In this document: positions 17,518 to 27,066 of the stretch, in pieces | How the letters are laid out: every line of letters starts with the position of its first letter | How positions within the stretch are numbered: position 1 is the stretch's first letter | Assembly (NCBI GenBank): GCA_964443245.1 | Contig: CAYUEG010000001.1 | Coordinates: 34,526 to 98,525, forward strand | From: an uncultured Burkholderiales bacterium | Lineage (GTDB): Bacteria > Pseudomonadota > Gammaproteobacteria > Burkholderiales > JAEUOS01 | DNA length: 64,000 bases | Direction of reading: 5' to 3' | Program-made: the position numbers and the translations under genes | The notes under the pieces: generated by a model | Told to the model about the DNA's origin: nothing | The model's input: the letters and a program-made list of their open reading frames with translations, nothing else | Database searches by the model: none

Positions 17518-17547
17518 ATGATACGCATTCTTGTAGTTGACTATCAA
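17518..17547 (-). promoter_or_regulatory. Candidate sigma70 promoter for the eight-gene signalling operon
   Basis: On the minus strand: TTGATA (17542-17547), an 18-nt spacer, then TATCAT (17518-17523). It lies in the only AT-rich stretch between the terC terminator and the kinase start. Pattern match only. Confidence 0.3.
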
Positions 17548-17569
17548 GAGCGTTTTGCTGGCAAATGTG

Positions 17570-17613
17570 CAAAAACCCAACAAAATGGCGGTATCCGGCC
17601 AACCGATACCGCC
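17570..17613 (-). terminator. Rho-independent terminator downstream of terC
   Basis: 10-bp stem tggcggtatc/gataccgcca (17586-17613) with a 9-nt loop, followed on the minus strand by TTTTGTTGGGTTTTT. Confidence 0.7.
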
Positions 17614-17656
17614 ACAAAAGCAAATGCCCTGACCCTGCGACCCGGTGCCTGCAACC

Positions 17657-18343
17657 TTATGCCTTTTTGTGCGCCCGACCGGCAAGCCATTTGCCAACCA
17701 CCACCACCAGCACCGCGCAGCCGATTTTCAGGCCATAGGTGAGCACGTTATTGTCCTCAAAGTGCGCCTTGATTGCCACATCATGCGATATGGCGTCGCC
17801 CGCCACCCATCCAATCAGGGCCGCGCCAAGTGTGACAATCACCGGGAAACGCTCCATCAGCTTGATCATCAGCGTGCTGCCAAACACGACCAACGGGATG
17901 CTGATCCCCAGACCGATGATCAGTAACGTGAAATCTCCCTTGGCAGCCAGCGCCACGGCAATCACATTATCCAGACTCATCACAAGATCAGCGATCAGGA
18001 TGGTCCGGACGGCGACCATGAGGTTGCCGCCCTCCTTGGCATGGCCGTCGCCTTCCCCTTCGCCACCTTCCTCGCTGATAAGTTGGTAGCCGATCCATAG
18101 CAGCAGGAGACCACCGATGATCTGCAGGTAGGGCAACTTGAGCAGATAGGCTGCAATAAACGTGAGAACAATCCGCAGCACGACGGCAGCGCCGGATCCC
18201 CAGGCAATTGCCATTTTTTGCTGCTTGGGCGGCAGTGAGCGTGCCGCCAATGCGATGACGACGGCGTTGTCGCCAGAAAGAATGATGTTGATCCAGACAA
18301 TCTGACCCAGCGCGAGCCAGAATGCGGGGCTGTCAAAACTCAT
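17657..18343 (-). CDS. TerC-family integral membrane protein
   Basis: 228 aa, multi-TM. WINIILSGDNAVVIALAA and LVMSLDNVIAVALAA are the duplicated TerC-family signature. GGAGA SD. Confidence 0.8.
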   Translation of the reverse strand: MSFDSPAFWLALGQIVWINIILSGDNAVVIALAARSLPPKQQKMAIAWGSGAAVVLRIVLTFIAAYLLKLPYLQIIGGLLLLWIGYQLISEEGGEGEGDGHAKEGGNLMVAVRTILIADLVMSLDNVIAVALAAKGDFTLLIIGLGISIPLVVFGSTLMIKLMERFPVIVTLGAALIGWVAGDAISHDVAIKAHFEDNNVLTYGLKIGCAVLVVVVGKWLAGRAHKKA

Positions 18344-18370
18344 TTTTTTTCTCCGTTGTTTTTATGGAAA

Positions 18371-19267
18371 TCACTTCAGCGCCGCCAGCAGCAGTTTGCC
18401 CATTTCGGACGGGTTTTTGGTGGTCCGAATGCCACAGGCCTCCATGATGTCAAGCTTCGCCTGGGCCGTGTCGTCGCCCCCCGAAATCAACGCCCCCGCA
18501 TGGCCCATGCGCTTGCCTGGCGGGGCAGTGACACCGGCAATGAATCCGACCAGTGGCTTTTTCATGTTGTCCTTGGCCCAGCGCGCGGCGTTGACCTCAT
18601 CCGGGCCGCCGATCTCCCCGATCATGATGACCGCTTCGGTCTCCGGATCGTCGTTGAACAACTTGAGGACATCGATATGCTTCAAGCCGTTGATCGGATC
18701 GCCACCGATTCCCACAGCGCTTGACTGACCCAAACCCAAGCCGGTGACCTGGCCAACCGCCTCGTAGGTCAGCGTACCGGAGCGGCTGACGATGCCGATG
18801 CGCCCTTTACGGTGGATGTGGCCCGGCATGATGCCGATCTTGATCTCTTCGGGCGTAATCAAGCCTGGGCAATTCGGCCCAAGCAGGATGGTTTTCTTGC
18901 CACCCGCCGCTTCCTTGGCTTTCATGCGATTGCGAATCTCCAGCATGTCGCGCACCGGGATGCCTTCGGTGATGCAGATCGCGAGGTCAAGGTCTGCTTC
19001 ACAGGCTTCCCAGATGGCAGCCGCAGCCCCTGCCGGGGGTACATAAATCACACTTACCGTGGCACCGGTTGCAGCTTTGGCATCGCTGACCGTCGCGTAA
19101 ATCGGAATCCCCTCAAAGTCCTCACCCGCCTTTTTCGGATTGACGCCCGCTACAAAGCAATTCTTTCCGTTGGCGTAATCGCGGCAAGCACGGGTATGGA
19201 ACTGTCCGGTCTTGCCCGTTATCCCCTGGGTAATGACCTTGGTATCTTTGTTGATCAAAATGCTCAT
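18371..19267 (-). CDS. sucD: Succinyl-CoA synthetase alpha subunit
   Basis: MSILINKDTKVITQGITGKTGQFHT..., with the phosphohistidine loop SRSGTLTYE...GHAGA. Confidence 0.95.
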   Translation of the reverse strand: MSILINKDTKVITQGITGKTGQFHTRACRDYANGKNCFVAGVNPKKAGEDFEGIPIYATVSDAKAATGATVSVIYVPPAGAAAAIWEACEADLDLAICITEGIPVRDMLEIRNRMKAKEAAGGKKTILLGPNCPGLITPEEIKIGIMPGHIHRKGRIGIVSRSGTLTYEAVGQVTGLGLGQSSAVGIGGDPINGLKHIDVLKLFNDDPETEAVIMIGEIGGPDEVNAARWAKDNMKKPLVGFIAGVTAPPGKRMGHAGALISGGDDTAQAKLDIMEACGIRTTKNPSEMGKLLLAALK

Positions 19268-19304
19268 GATGGTTTCCTGTTAGGCCATGCTCACTGGGCG
19301 GGGA

Positions 19305-20465
19305 TCACTTGACGGCCGCAACCACTTTGGTCGCGGCTTCGGCCATGGTGTCAGCGCTGATGATGGGCAGACCTGAATCGGCCAGTATCTTCTTGCCCAA
19401 TTCCTCGTTGGTGCCCTTCATTCGGACAACCAGGGGAACAGACAGGCTCACCGCCTTGCAGGCTGCAACGACCCCTTCGGCAATCACGTCACAGCGCATG
19501 ATCCCACCGAAGATATTCACCAGAATTGCCTTCAGATTCGGGTTCTTGAGCATGATCTTGAACGCCTCGGTGACCTTTTCGGCCGTCGCCCCTCCTCCAA
19601 CGTCAAGAAAGTTCGCTGGCTCTCCACCAAACAACTTGATGGTGTCCATGGTTGCCATCGCCAATCCGGCACCATTGACCAGACAACCGATATTGCCATC
19701 GAGTTGAATGTAGGCAAGGTCAAACTTCGAAGCTTCAATCTCGGCCGGGTCTTCCTCATCCAGATCGCGATAGGCGGTGATTTCGGGGTGCCGAAACAAC
19801 GCGTTTGAATCAAAGTTGAACTTCGCATCCAGCGCCTTGATGCCGCCGTTGCCTTCCAGGATCAGGGGGTTGATCTCGGCCAGTGACGCGTCCGTGTCCA
19901 TGTAGGTCGCGTACAGCTTTTTGAGAACGTCCACCGCCTGCGCCTGAGAGCCTGGCGGAACGCCGATCCCCTTTGCCAGTTCACCGGCCTGGGAGTCCGT
20001 CAAGCCCGTAGCGGGATCCACAAACACCTTGATGATCTTCTCCGGCGTGTTGTGCGCCACTTCCTCAATGTCCATCCCGCCTTCACTGGAGGCCATCATC
20101 GCCACACGCTGCGTGCCGCGATCGGTGACCGCTGCGACGTAGTATTCCTTCTTGATGTCAGCGCCGTCTTCGATCAGGAGCCGCCTCACCTTCTGGCCCG
20201 AGGGCCCGGTCTGGTGAGTAACCAGTTGCATGCCAAGAATCTGGCTCGCTTTCTCCTTCACCTCCGCAATGGATTTGGCCACCTTGACGCCGCCGCCCTT
20301 GCCGCGTCCACCCGCGTGAATTTGCGCCTTGACCACCCAAACCGGCCCACCAAGCTGCTCCGCCGCCTTGACGGCCTCGTCAACCGAAAACGCCGGAATG
20401 CCTCGCGGCACCGGAACGCCGAACTTGCGCAAGATTTCCTTGCCTTGGTACTCGTGTATCTTCAA
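19305..20465 (-). CDS. sucC: Succinyl-CoA synthetase beta subunit
   Basis: (M)[21 protein letters not shown]... ATP-grasp N-terminus. TTG start codon with GAGGGGG 6 nt upstream. Confidence 0.95.
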   Translation of the reverse strand: MKIHEYQGKEILRKFGVPVPRGIPAFSVDEAVKAAEQLGGPVWVVKAQIHAGGRGKGGGVKVAKSIAEVKEKASQILGMQLVTHQTGPSGQKVRRLLIEDGADIKKEYYVAAVTDRGTQRVAMMASSEGGMDIEEVAHNTPEKIIKVFVDPATGLTDSQAGELAKGIGVPPGSQAQAVDVLKKLYATYMDTDASLAEINPLILEGNGGIKALDAKFNFDSNALFRHPEITAYRDLDEEDPAEIEASKFDLAYIQLDGNIGCLVNGAGLAMATMDTIKLFGGEPANFLDVGGGATAEKVTEAFKIMLKNPNLKAILVNIFGGIMRCDVIAEGVVAACKAVSLSVPLVVRMKGTNEELGKKILADSGLPIISADTMAEAATKVVAAVK

Positions 20466-20535
20466 AGCGACCCCCTCGTCTTCAACACGCCGGCACGAAG
20501 CATATCCGGCAACCCAGAAAAATCATTAGCAAAGA

Positions 20536-21120
20536 TCAACCTGCCACCGCTTGCTGCGGGCGGTACCAGAGCGGGTAAAACTGCCTCACACTGTCCCCAT
20601 CGCTTACGAGGGCGTGACAACGATCAAGCTGAAAAGGCTTTTCAGCCACGCCGTCCGTGCGAAGTGCGCTTACCCGTCCCGCAAACGCCTGAACTGCGGC
20701 AGTCGGCAAGATGGCAGCCAGTTCAGTCATGTGCGTGCATCCCCTGATCCCGCCAACCCGCTCCAGCGAGCGCTTGCGGAACCGATCAAGCAGATTCAGG
20801 CCGACCAACTGGGCATAACCCGACGAAGAACCTTCGCATGCACCAGGATAAGGCACCGCGCTGGTACCGGCAGCGACGGCGACAACATCCAGGTTCCGGT
20901 TGATGGTGAAACATAGCGTCATGTCATGGATCGGGCTGCCAGCCCTGCGCAAACCTGACACCAAATCCAGATCCTGATCCTTGACGTCCAGGAGGCGCGC
21001 CTCAAGATCAAACAGACCGTCGGTTCTTTCGAAGGCTTCAATCGTGATCGAGCGAGTATGCATCCGGCTGCGATGGGGCGGTGTGCTTTTCGCACCCGTC
21101 GTGGAGCTGACGGCGGTCAT
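20536..21120 (-). CDS. DUF2889-like conserved hypothetical protein
   Basis: HTRSITIEAFERTDGLFDLEARLLDVK and GCTHMTEL resemble my recollection of the DUF2889 family. The start is uncertain (ATG 21120, ATG 21063 or GTG 21159) and none has a convincing SD. Confidence 0.5.
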   Translation of the reverse strand: MTAVSSTTGAKSTPPHRSRMHTRSITIEAFERTDGLFDLEARLLDVKDQDLDLVSGLRRAGSPIHDMTLCFTINRNLDVVAVAAGTSAVPYPGACEGSSSGYAQLVGLNLLDRFRKRSLERVGGIRGCTHMTELAAILPTAAVQAFAGRVSALRTDGVAEKPFQLDRCHALVSDGDSVRQFYPLWYRPQQAVAG

Positions 21121-21225
21121 GATCGGAGAAATAGCGAGGCGGCGAGCTCCAGGAAGCACGCCCAGAGGCTATCGACAAAGACCTAAGATGTTAGCACAGG
21201 GGCTGTTTCGCCCTGCCCGCTCGGC

Positions 21226-21726
21226 TCAGCGACCGGTGGTCGGCTTGGCGCACGGGGGAACGACGGCGCGGATGGCGTCAGATCCAAATCCCCGGCTTTG
21301 CAGAAACCGCATTTGGCGGGCACGGCCAGCCGCGTCGCTGGCTGCTTCTCCGAACTTGCGGTTCCAAATCTCCCGGGCTCGGGCCACTTCGGAAGGACGC
21401 AACTGCGCCAGCACTGTGGACGCCAGTTCGCCATCAATACCTCTTGTGCGCAGTTCGCGTTCAACCGCCATGACGCCCATGCGCGCACCCTTCACGCGCG
21501 CCAAGCCGTGCGCCGTGCGCTCGTCGGAGAGCAGGTCGATGGAAGCCAGTTCGGCGAGGACTTCATCCACCATCTCGGTGTTCGGGCAGCGCCGCATCAA
21601 CTTGGCCCGCAATTCGGTCGTCGAGTGTTCACGCCGCGCCAGGTACGCCACGGCCTTCGCGCGGACATCGGCGGATGTCGTCAGCAATGGGGACGCGCCC
21701 TCGCGAGATGAGCGTCCCCATGCCAT
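21226..21726 (-). CDS. recX: Recombination regulator RecX
   Basis: VRAKAVAYLARREHSTTELRAKL...RFLQSRGF repeats typical of RecX, directly downstream of recA. I chose the internal ATG at 21726; the longer ORF would overlap recA. Confidence 0.85.
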   Translation of the reverse strand: MAWGRSSREGASPLLTTSADVRAKAVAYLARREHSTTELRAKLMRRCPNTEMVDEVLAELASIDLLSDERTAHGLARVKGARMGVMAVERELRTRGIDGELASTVLAQLRPSEVARAREIWNRKFGEAASDAAGRARQMRFLQSRGFGSDAIRAVVPPCAKPTTGR

Positions 21727-21755
21727 TCCGCTTGCCTCCAGGATAGACGGCGGAA

Positions 21756-22793
21756 CTACTCGTCTGACGCTGCACCTTGCGTCGAGATGCCGGCACGCAC
21801 ACCCAGTATCTCGCGTACCTTGGATTCGATCTCCGCCGCCACGACTGGATGCTCCTTGAGCCAATTGCGGGTATTGTCCTTGCCCTGGCCGATCCGCTCA
21901 CCGTTGTAGCTGTACCAGGCACCCGATTTTTCAACGACCTTGTGCTCCACGCCCAGCTCGATAATCTCCCCTTCGCGCGAGATGCCCTGTCCGTACAGGA
22001 TATCGAAATGCGCTTCACGGAAGGGTGGGGCCACCTTGTTCTTGACAACCTTCACTCGCGTCTCGTTGCCAACCACCTCTTCGCCATCCTTGATCGAACC
22101 GGTGCGACGGATGTCCAGGCGAACCGACGCATAGAACTTGAGCGCATTGCCGCCGGTGGTGGTTTCCGGATTGCCGAACATCACGCCAATCTTCATGCGA
22201 ATCTGGTTGATGAACACCACCAGGGTATTGGTGCGTTTGATATTTCCCGTCAACTTGCGCAGCGCCTGACTCATCAGGCGCGCCTGCAAACCCGGAAGCT
22301 GGTCGCCCATTTCCCCTTCGATTTCGGCCCGCGGGGTCAGCGCCGCGACCGAGTCGATGACAACCACGTCCACCGAGCCGGAGCGCACCAACATGTCGGC
22401 AATTTCCAGTGCTTGTTCGCCGGTGTCCGGCTGGGAAATGAGCAGATCACCCACGTTGACGCCCAGCTTCTGGGCGTAGGTCGGGTCCAGCGCGTGTTCG
22501 GCATCAATAAATGCGGCGGTGCCGCCCAGTTTCTGCATTTCGGCGATGACTTGCAGCGTCAGCGTGGTTTTTCCGGATGACTCTGGGCCGTAGATTTCCA
22601 CTACCCGGCCACGCGGCAACCCGCCAATGCCGAGTGCAATATCAAGCCCGAGCGACCCGGTGGAAACCACCTGGATGTCTTCCACGATGCCCTTGTCGCC
22701 GAGCTTCATGATGGACCCTTTGCCGAACTGCTTTTCGATCTGCGCCAGTGCTGCGCTCAAGGCCTTGGTTTTGTTTTCGTCCATTGCTTTCAT
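21756..22793 (-). CDS. recA: Recombinase RecA
   Basis: [15 protein letters not shown], Walker [13 protein letters not shown] at 22793 has AGGAGA 6 nt upstream; ATG at 22784 (MDENK...) is an alternative. Confidence 0.95.
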   Translation of the reverse strand: MKAMDENKTKALSAALAQIEKQFGKGSIMKLGDKGIVEDIQVVSTGSLGLDIALGIGGLPRGRVVEIYGPESSGKTTLTLQVIAEMQKLGGTAAFIDAEHALDPTYAQKLGVNVGDLLISQPDTGEQALEIADMLVRSGSVDVVVIDSVAALTPRAEIEGEMGDQLPGLQARLMSQALRKLTGNIKRTNTLVVFINQIRMKIGVMFGNPETTTGGNALKFYASVRLDIRRTGSIKDGEEVVGNETRVKVVKNKVAPPFREAHFDILYGQGISREGEIIELGVEHKVVEKSGAWYSYNGERIGQGKDNTRNWLKEHPVVAAEIESKVREILGVRAGISTQGAASDE

Positions 22794-22935
22794 CCTGATT
22801 CTCCTGTGTAGACCCCGCTGCCGGGCAGATGCGCCACTCAAGTGACTGGTAGCTCTGGTTGGTTTGTCATCTCTGGTTGCCCCGAGCAGACGCGCCACTT
22901 CAACCGGCCAGAACTACTACTGTATCAATCATCAA

Positions 22936-22951
22936 GTGTACGTTTATACAG
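22936..22951 (-). promoter_or_regulatory. Candidate LexA (SOS) box upstream of recA
   Basis: The minus strand reads CTGTATAAACGTACAC, i.e. CTGT-N8-ACAG with one mismatch in the last base. It lies ~145 nt upstream of the recA start. Confidence 0.4.
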
Positions 22952-22955
22952 CACT

Positions 22956-23465
22956 CTATACAGGTTTTTTCAATTGCGCAAGCACTCCTTGCAAAGCATG
23001 CATCACGGAGGCCCTGCGCACAGCCTCGCGATCCCCTGAAAACCTTTTTGTTTCAACGGCTTGCGACAGATTGCCAGATGCCCACCCGAAGCACACCATG
23101 CCGACCGGCTTCTCGGCGGTCCCGCCGCTCGGGCCGGCAACCCCCGTAATCGAGAGGGCAATCTGCGCCCGGCTGTGACGCAAGGCACCGTCCGCCATCG
23201 CCCGCGCTACCTCTTCACTTACCGCGCCATGGCGCTCGATCAACTCTGCCGGTAAGCCCAGCATGTCGCGCTTGGCCTCGTTGGAATAGGTGACAAAGCC
23301 ACGCTCAAACCAGACGGAACTACCGGCAATGGCCGTCATGGTGGCAGCAACCCAGCCACCGGTACAGGATTCGGCCGTCGCCAGCATCCACTGGCGCTTT
23401 GCCAGCTGCGCACCGACCTCTGCGGCCAGGTTCTGCATTTGGTCGTCCCGCAGGTCATATTGCAT
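22956..23465 (-). CDS. pncC: CinA C-terminal domain protein / nicotinamide-nucleotide amidohydrolase
   Basis: 169 aa. LATAESCTGGW...GFVTYSNEAKRDMLGV is typical of the CinA/PncC domain. Confidence 0.85.
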   Translation of the reverse strand: MQYDLRDDQMQNLAAEVGAQLAKRQWMLATAESCTGGWVAATMTAIAGSSVWFERGFVTYSNEAKRDMLGLPAELIERHGAVSEEVARAMADGALRHSRAQIALSITGVAGPSGGTAEKPVGMVCFGWASGNLSQAVETKRFSGDREAVRRASVMHALQGVLAQLKKPV

Positions 23466-23474
23466 GCTGCCCCC

Positions 23475-23966
23475 TTACCATCCCGCGCTCAAACGCGCCC
23501 ACAGTGCCATCACCAACAGCGTATAGCCGGCTGCCAGAAGATCGTCAAACATCACGCCGAATCCTCCCTTCCATCGGGCATCAAAATGACGGATCGGCGC
23601 AGGCTTGATGATATCGAACGCGCGAAACAGCAGGAACCCCGCGAGCTGGCTGCTGAAGCTTGTGGGCGCAAAAGTGAGCACTAACCAAAAAGCCGCCACT
23701 TCGTCCCAGACAATGCCACCTGGATCTGCCACCCCCAGATGGCGGGAGGCCGCGTCACAAGCCCAGATGCCCAGCAAGAATGCCGCAGCCGGCAGCAGCA
23801 GTACGTTCACCCCGGACAAGCTCAGCGCACTCGTCAATGGCGCAAACGTTGCCCAGCCCAGCAACGTGCCCCACGTGCCGGGCGCAGGCCGGATAAGGCC
23901 GCTGCCCAAGCCAAACGCGATGATGCGCGCCGGGTGGCCCAGCATCCAGCGCACGGTCGGCTTCAT
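23475..23966 (-). CDS. pgpA: Phosphatidylglycerophosphatase A
   Basis: HPARIIAFGLGSGLIRPAPGTWGTL...DIIKPAPIR. ATG at 23966 overlaps the thiL stop (ATGA). Confidence 0.85.
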   Translation of the reverse strand: MKPTVRWMLGHPARIIAFGLGSGLIRPAPGTWGTLLGWATFAPLTSALSLSGVNVLLLPAAAFLLGIWACDAASRHLGVADPGGIVWDEVAAFWLVLTFAPTSFSSQLAGFLLFRAFDIIKPAPIRHFDARWKGGFGVMFDDLLAAGYTLLVMALWARLSAGW

Positions 23967-24976
23967 GGCGTGGCCCGAAAATGGTCGTACGCCAAAACCG
24001 TTGGTGCACAAGGCTTTCCATCGTTATCTACCACGAGAACCGCACCAGTAGCCGCTCTTGCGGCTGACATCCGGCCAATTCGGGTGACCCGTACTTGCGC
24101 AGCGTGGCCTGTGGCCAGCACGTCCGCTCGGCGATCGGGTGGCGCTGTAAAACACAACTCGTAGTCGTCCCCGCCGGCCAATGCACAGCGCCAACGCAAC
24201 GCTTCATCCTGTCGCGCCAACATGGGCTGGATCGGCACCGCATCCCGAATCAACTCGGCGTCCAGCCCACTGGCTACGGCAATGTGCGCCAGATCACCGA
24301 CCAGCCCGTCCGAGACATCCAGCATTGCCGTAGCGACCCCCCGCAAGGCGGCTCCCAGCGCCAGGCGCGGCAAGGGTTGCTCCAGACTTTGCACCGCTTC
24401 CCGCACTTCCTGCTCCGACAACGGTTGCGTTAGCGTCGACTCTCCCTTCAAGTGGGCAAGTCCGAGCGCGGCGCTACCGAGCTGGCCGGAAACCCAGATG
24501 TCATCGCCCGCATTCGCGCCATCACGGCGGATCGCCGTTCCTTGCGGAAGCTCACCAAAAACGGTCACGCACAGGGTCAAAGGTCCGCGCGTGGTGTCAC
24601 CGCCGATCAGTTCCACGCGGTGTTCGTCAGCGAGCCGAAAGAACCCCCGTGCAAACGACGCGATCCATGTCTCATCGGCATCCGGCATGGCCACGGCCAG
24701 GGTCGCGTAACGCGGCAGCGCACCCATGGCAGCCAGATCGGACAAATTCACCGCCAGGGTCTTGTGGCCCAACCGCTCCGGATCGGTATCAGGGAAGAAA
24801 TGCGTGCCTGAGACCAGCATGTCGGTCGATACCGCTAATTCCAGTCCCGGCGCCAACCCGATCAGCGCACAGTCATCGCCAATACCCAGTCGAGCACTCT
24901 GCGGACCGGGGCGAACCGCCCGTTTGAAGTACCGGGCAATGATGTCGAACTCGCCAGGCACTGATAGGTTCGACAA
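23963..24976 (-). CDS. thiL: Thiamine-monophosphate kinase
   Basis: GEFDIIARYF...GIGDDCAL...GGDTTRG AIR-synthase-like fold. The start is TTG 24976 or GTG 24961, unresolved. Confidence 0.85.
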   Translation of the reverse strand: MSNLSVPGEFDIIARYFKRAVRPGPQSARLGIGDDCALIGLAPGLELAVSTDMLVSGTHFFPDTDPERLGHKTLAVNLSDLAAMGALPRYATLAVAMPDADETWIASFARGFFRLADEHRVELIGGDTTRGPLTLCVTVFGELPQGTAIRRDGANAGDDIWVSGQLGSAALGLAHLKGESTLTQPLSEQEVREAVQSLEQPLPRLALGAALRGVATAMLDVSDGLVGDLAHIAVASGLDAELIRDAVPIQPMLARQDEALRWRCALAGGDDYELCFTAPPDRRADVLATGHAAQVRVTRIGRMSAARAATGAVLVVDNDGKPCAPTVLAYDHFRATP

Positions 24977-25007
24977 AAGCGGACTCGGCTACCAGGAGAG
25001 CGATTTG

Positions 25008-25457
25008 CTAGGCCCGCGCGGAGCGCTTGCCGCGATCATCGGCACCTTCGTGGGTGCGCAGCCCGGCCGCCAGCTTGTCGAGCACGCCGTTGACGAACTT
25101 GAACCCATCGGTACCGCCGAAGGTCTTGGCCAGCTCGACCGCCTCGTTGATCACAACCCTGTAGGGTATTTCGACATGATTCTTCAATTCATACGCAGCC
25201 AGCAAAAGGATGGCCCGTTCCACCGGGCTCAATCCCTCCACCGGCCGGTCCAGGCACGGACCAAGATCGGTGCGCAAGCTGGCAGCCTGCTCGATGGTTC
25301 CATGCAAGAGGGCGCGAAAATGCTTTTCGTCGGCCTGCTCAAAGCCCTTGGTCTGGGCCATGTCGTCGGCAATCAAGGTGGGGTCAGTGGCATTAATCTG
25401 CCACTGATACAGGCCCTGCATCGCGAACTCACGCGAGCGGCGTCGTGCACTTTTCAT
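25008..25457 (-). CDS. nusB: Transcription antitermination factor NusB
   Basis: [15 protein letters not shown]... NusB N-terminus. ATGA overlap with ribH. Confidence 0.9.
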   Translation of the reverse strand: MKSARRRSREFAMQGLYQWQINATDPTLIADDMAQTKGFEQADEKHFRALLHGTIEQAASLRTDLGPCLDRPVEGLSPVERAILLLAAYELKNHVEIPYRVVINEAVELAKTFGGTDGFKFVNGVLDKLAAGLRTHEGADDRGKRSARA

Positions 25458-25918
25458 TCGGCCAGATCATCCATCAACAGGGCCATTTCGACCGCGACGT
25501 TCGCAGCGTCCGCACCCTTGTCGAGCCGCGCGCGGGCCTGCGCTTCGTTTTCCACAGTCAGAATCGCATTGGCGATCGGAATGCGGTGCGCCAGTTGCAC
25601 TTGTGTGATGCCGCGCGCCGATTCGTTGCACACCAGTTCGAAATGGTAGGTCTCGCCGCGCATCACACAGCCAATCGCGACCAATGCGGAAAAATCTTCC
25701 GATTCGGCCAGCAGTTCCAGAGCCAGTGGCACTTCCAGCGCACCCGGCACCAAAACCACTTCGATGTCGTCTTCAGCGACGCCAAGAGCCTTCAATTGCG
25801 CCACGCAAGCCTCACGCAGCGCGTCACCGATGTGTGAATTGAAGCGGGCCTGGACAATGCCGATGCGCAGCCCCTCGCCCGAGAGCGCCTCATCGAACAT
25901 GGACTTTTCACCGCTCAT
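25454..25918 (-). CDS. ribH: 6,7-dimethyl-8-ribityllumazine synthase
   Basis: [10 protein letters not shown]...[10 protein letters not shown]...GETYHFELV. Confidence 0.9.
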   Translation of the reverse strand: MSGEKSMFDEALSGEGLRIGIVQARFNSHIGDALREACVAQLKALGVAEDDIEVVLVPGALEVPLALELLAESEDFSALVAIGCVMRGETYHFELVCNESARGITQVQLAHRIPIANAILTVENEAQARARLDKGADAANVAVEMALLMDDLAE

Positions 25919-27066
25919 GGCTGCTCCGGAGAAAGATAGCCTGTCACTTCCAGGTCAAACCCGGCCATGGAGGGCATTTTGCGCGGATTCGACAGAAGCC
26001 TCATGCGCCGCACACCGAGGTCACGCAGGATCTGGGCACCAATGCCATAGGTACGCAAATCCATCTTGACCTTGGGACGCACACCGGTATTCAAGTCCCG
26101 CATCTTTTCCACCAGGGCTTCGGCGGTCTCGCTGGTGTTCAGCAACACCAGTGCACCGCTGCCGTGCTTCTGCATCGTGTGCATCGCCGCATCCACGCTC
26201 CAGGAATGGGTGCCAGAACCGGTGTCGATCAAATCCATTACCGAAAGTGGCTCATGCACGCGTACCAGCGTTTCCGACTCGGGCGAAATCTTTCCGCAAA
26301 CCAGCGTCAGGTGCGATGCGCCGCTCGCGCGATCCCGATAGACGATCGCGCGGAACGGACCACGCGCGGTCACCACGTCACGTTCGCCGGCGCGCTCCAC
26401 CAGGCTTTCATTCTGGCTGCGATAGTGAATGAGGTCCGCGATGGTGCCCAGTTTCAAGCCATGCTCGCGTGAAAACTCCACCAGATCCGGCAGGCGTGCC
26501 ATGGTGCCGTCATCCTTGAGGATCTCGCAGATCACCGCCGCAGGCTCGGCCCCGGCAAGCTGTGCCAGGTCGCAGCCGGCCTCGGTATGGCCGGCGCGCA
26601 TCAGTACTCCCCCAGGCTGTGCCATCAGAGGGAAAATGTGGCCGGGCTGGACAATATCCTCAGCCTTCGCGCCGGGCGCCACGGCAGCCAGCACGGTGCG
26701 TGCGCGATCCGCCGCCGAGATGCCCGTGGTCACGCCCTCGGCCGCTTCAATCGACACTGTGAAATTGGTGCCGTGCTTGGTGCCGTTGTTCGACACCATC
26801 AAAGGCAGATTCAATTGCCGGCAGCGCGCTTCCGTCAGGGTAAGGCAGATCAGCCCGCGCCCAAACCTGGCCATGAAATTGATGGCTTCGGGCGTGGCGA
26901 ACTGCGCGGCCATCAACAGATCACCCTCGTTTTCGCGATCTTCATCGTCCACCACCACGACCATGCGCCCGGCAGCAAGCTCGGCGATGATCTCTGCACT
27001 GGAACTGATGGCCCCGGGCAAGTTGGAGGCGGACGGGCCTGACACCACCGCGAGACGCTGCGACAT
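25915..27066 (-). CDS. ribBA: Bifunctional 3,4-dihydroxy-2-butanone-4-phosphate synthase / GTP cyclohydrolase II
   Basis: [11 protein letters not shown]...HTEAGCDL (the DHBP synthase half) plus a C-terminal GCH-II-like half. ATGA overlap with ribH. Confidence 0.9.
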   Translation of the reverse strand: MSQRLAVVSGPSASNLPGAISSSAEIIAELAAGRMVVVVDDEDRENEGDLLMAAQFATPEAINFMARFGRGLICLTLTEARCRQLNLPLMVSNNGTKHGTNFTVSIEAAEGVTTGISAADRARTVLAAVAPGAKAEDIVQPGHIFPLMAQPGGVLMRAGHTEAGCDLAQLAGAEPAAVICEILKDDGTMARLPDLVEFSREHGLKLGTIADLIHYRSQNESLVERAGERDVVTARGPFRAIVYRDRASGASHLTLVCGKISPESETLVRVHEPLSVMDLIDTGSGTHSWSVDAAMHTMQKHGSGALVLLNTSETAEALVEKMRDLNTGVRPKVKMDLRTYGIGAQILRDLGVRRMRLLSNPRKMPSMAGFDLEVTGYLSPEQP

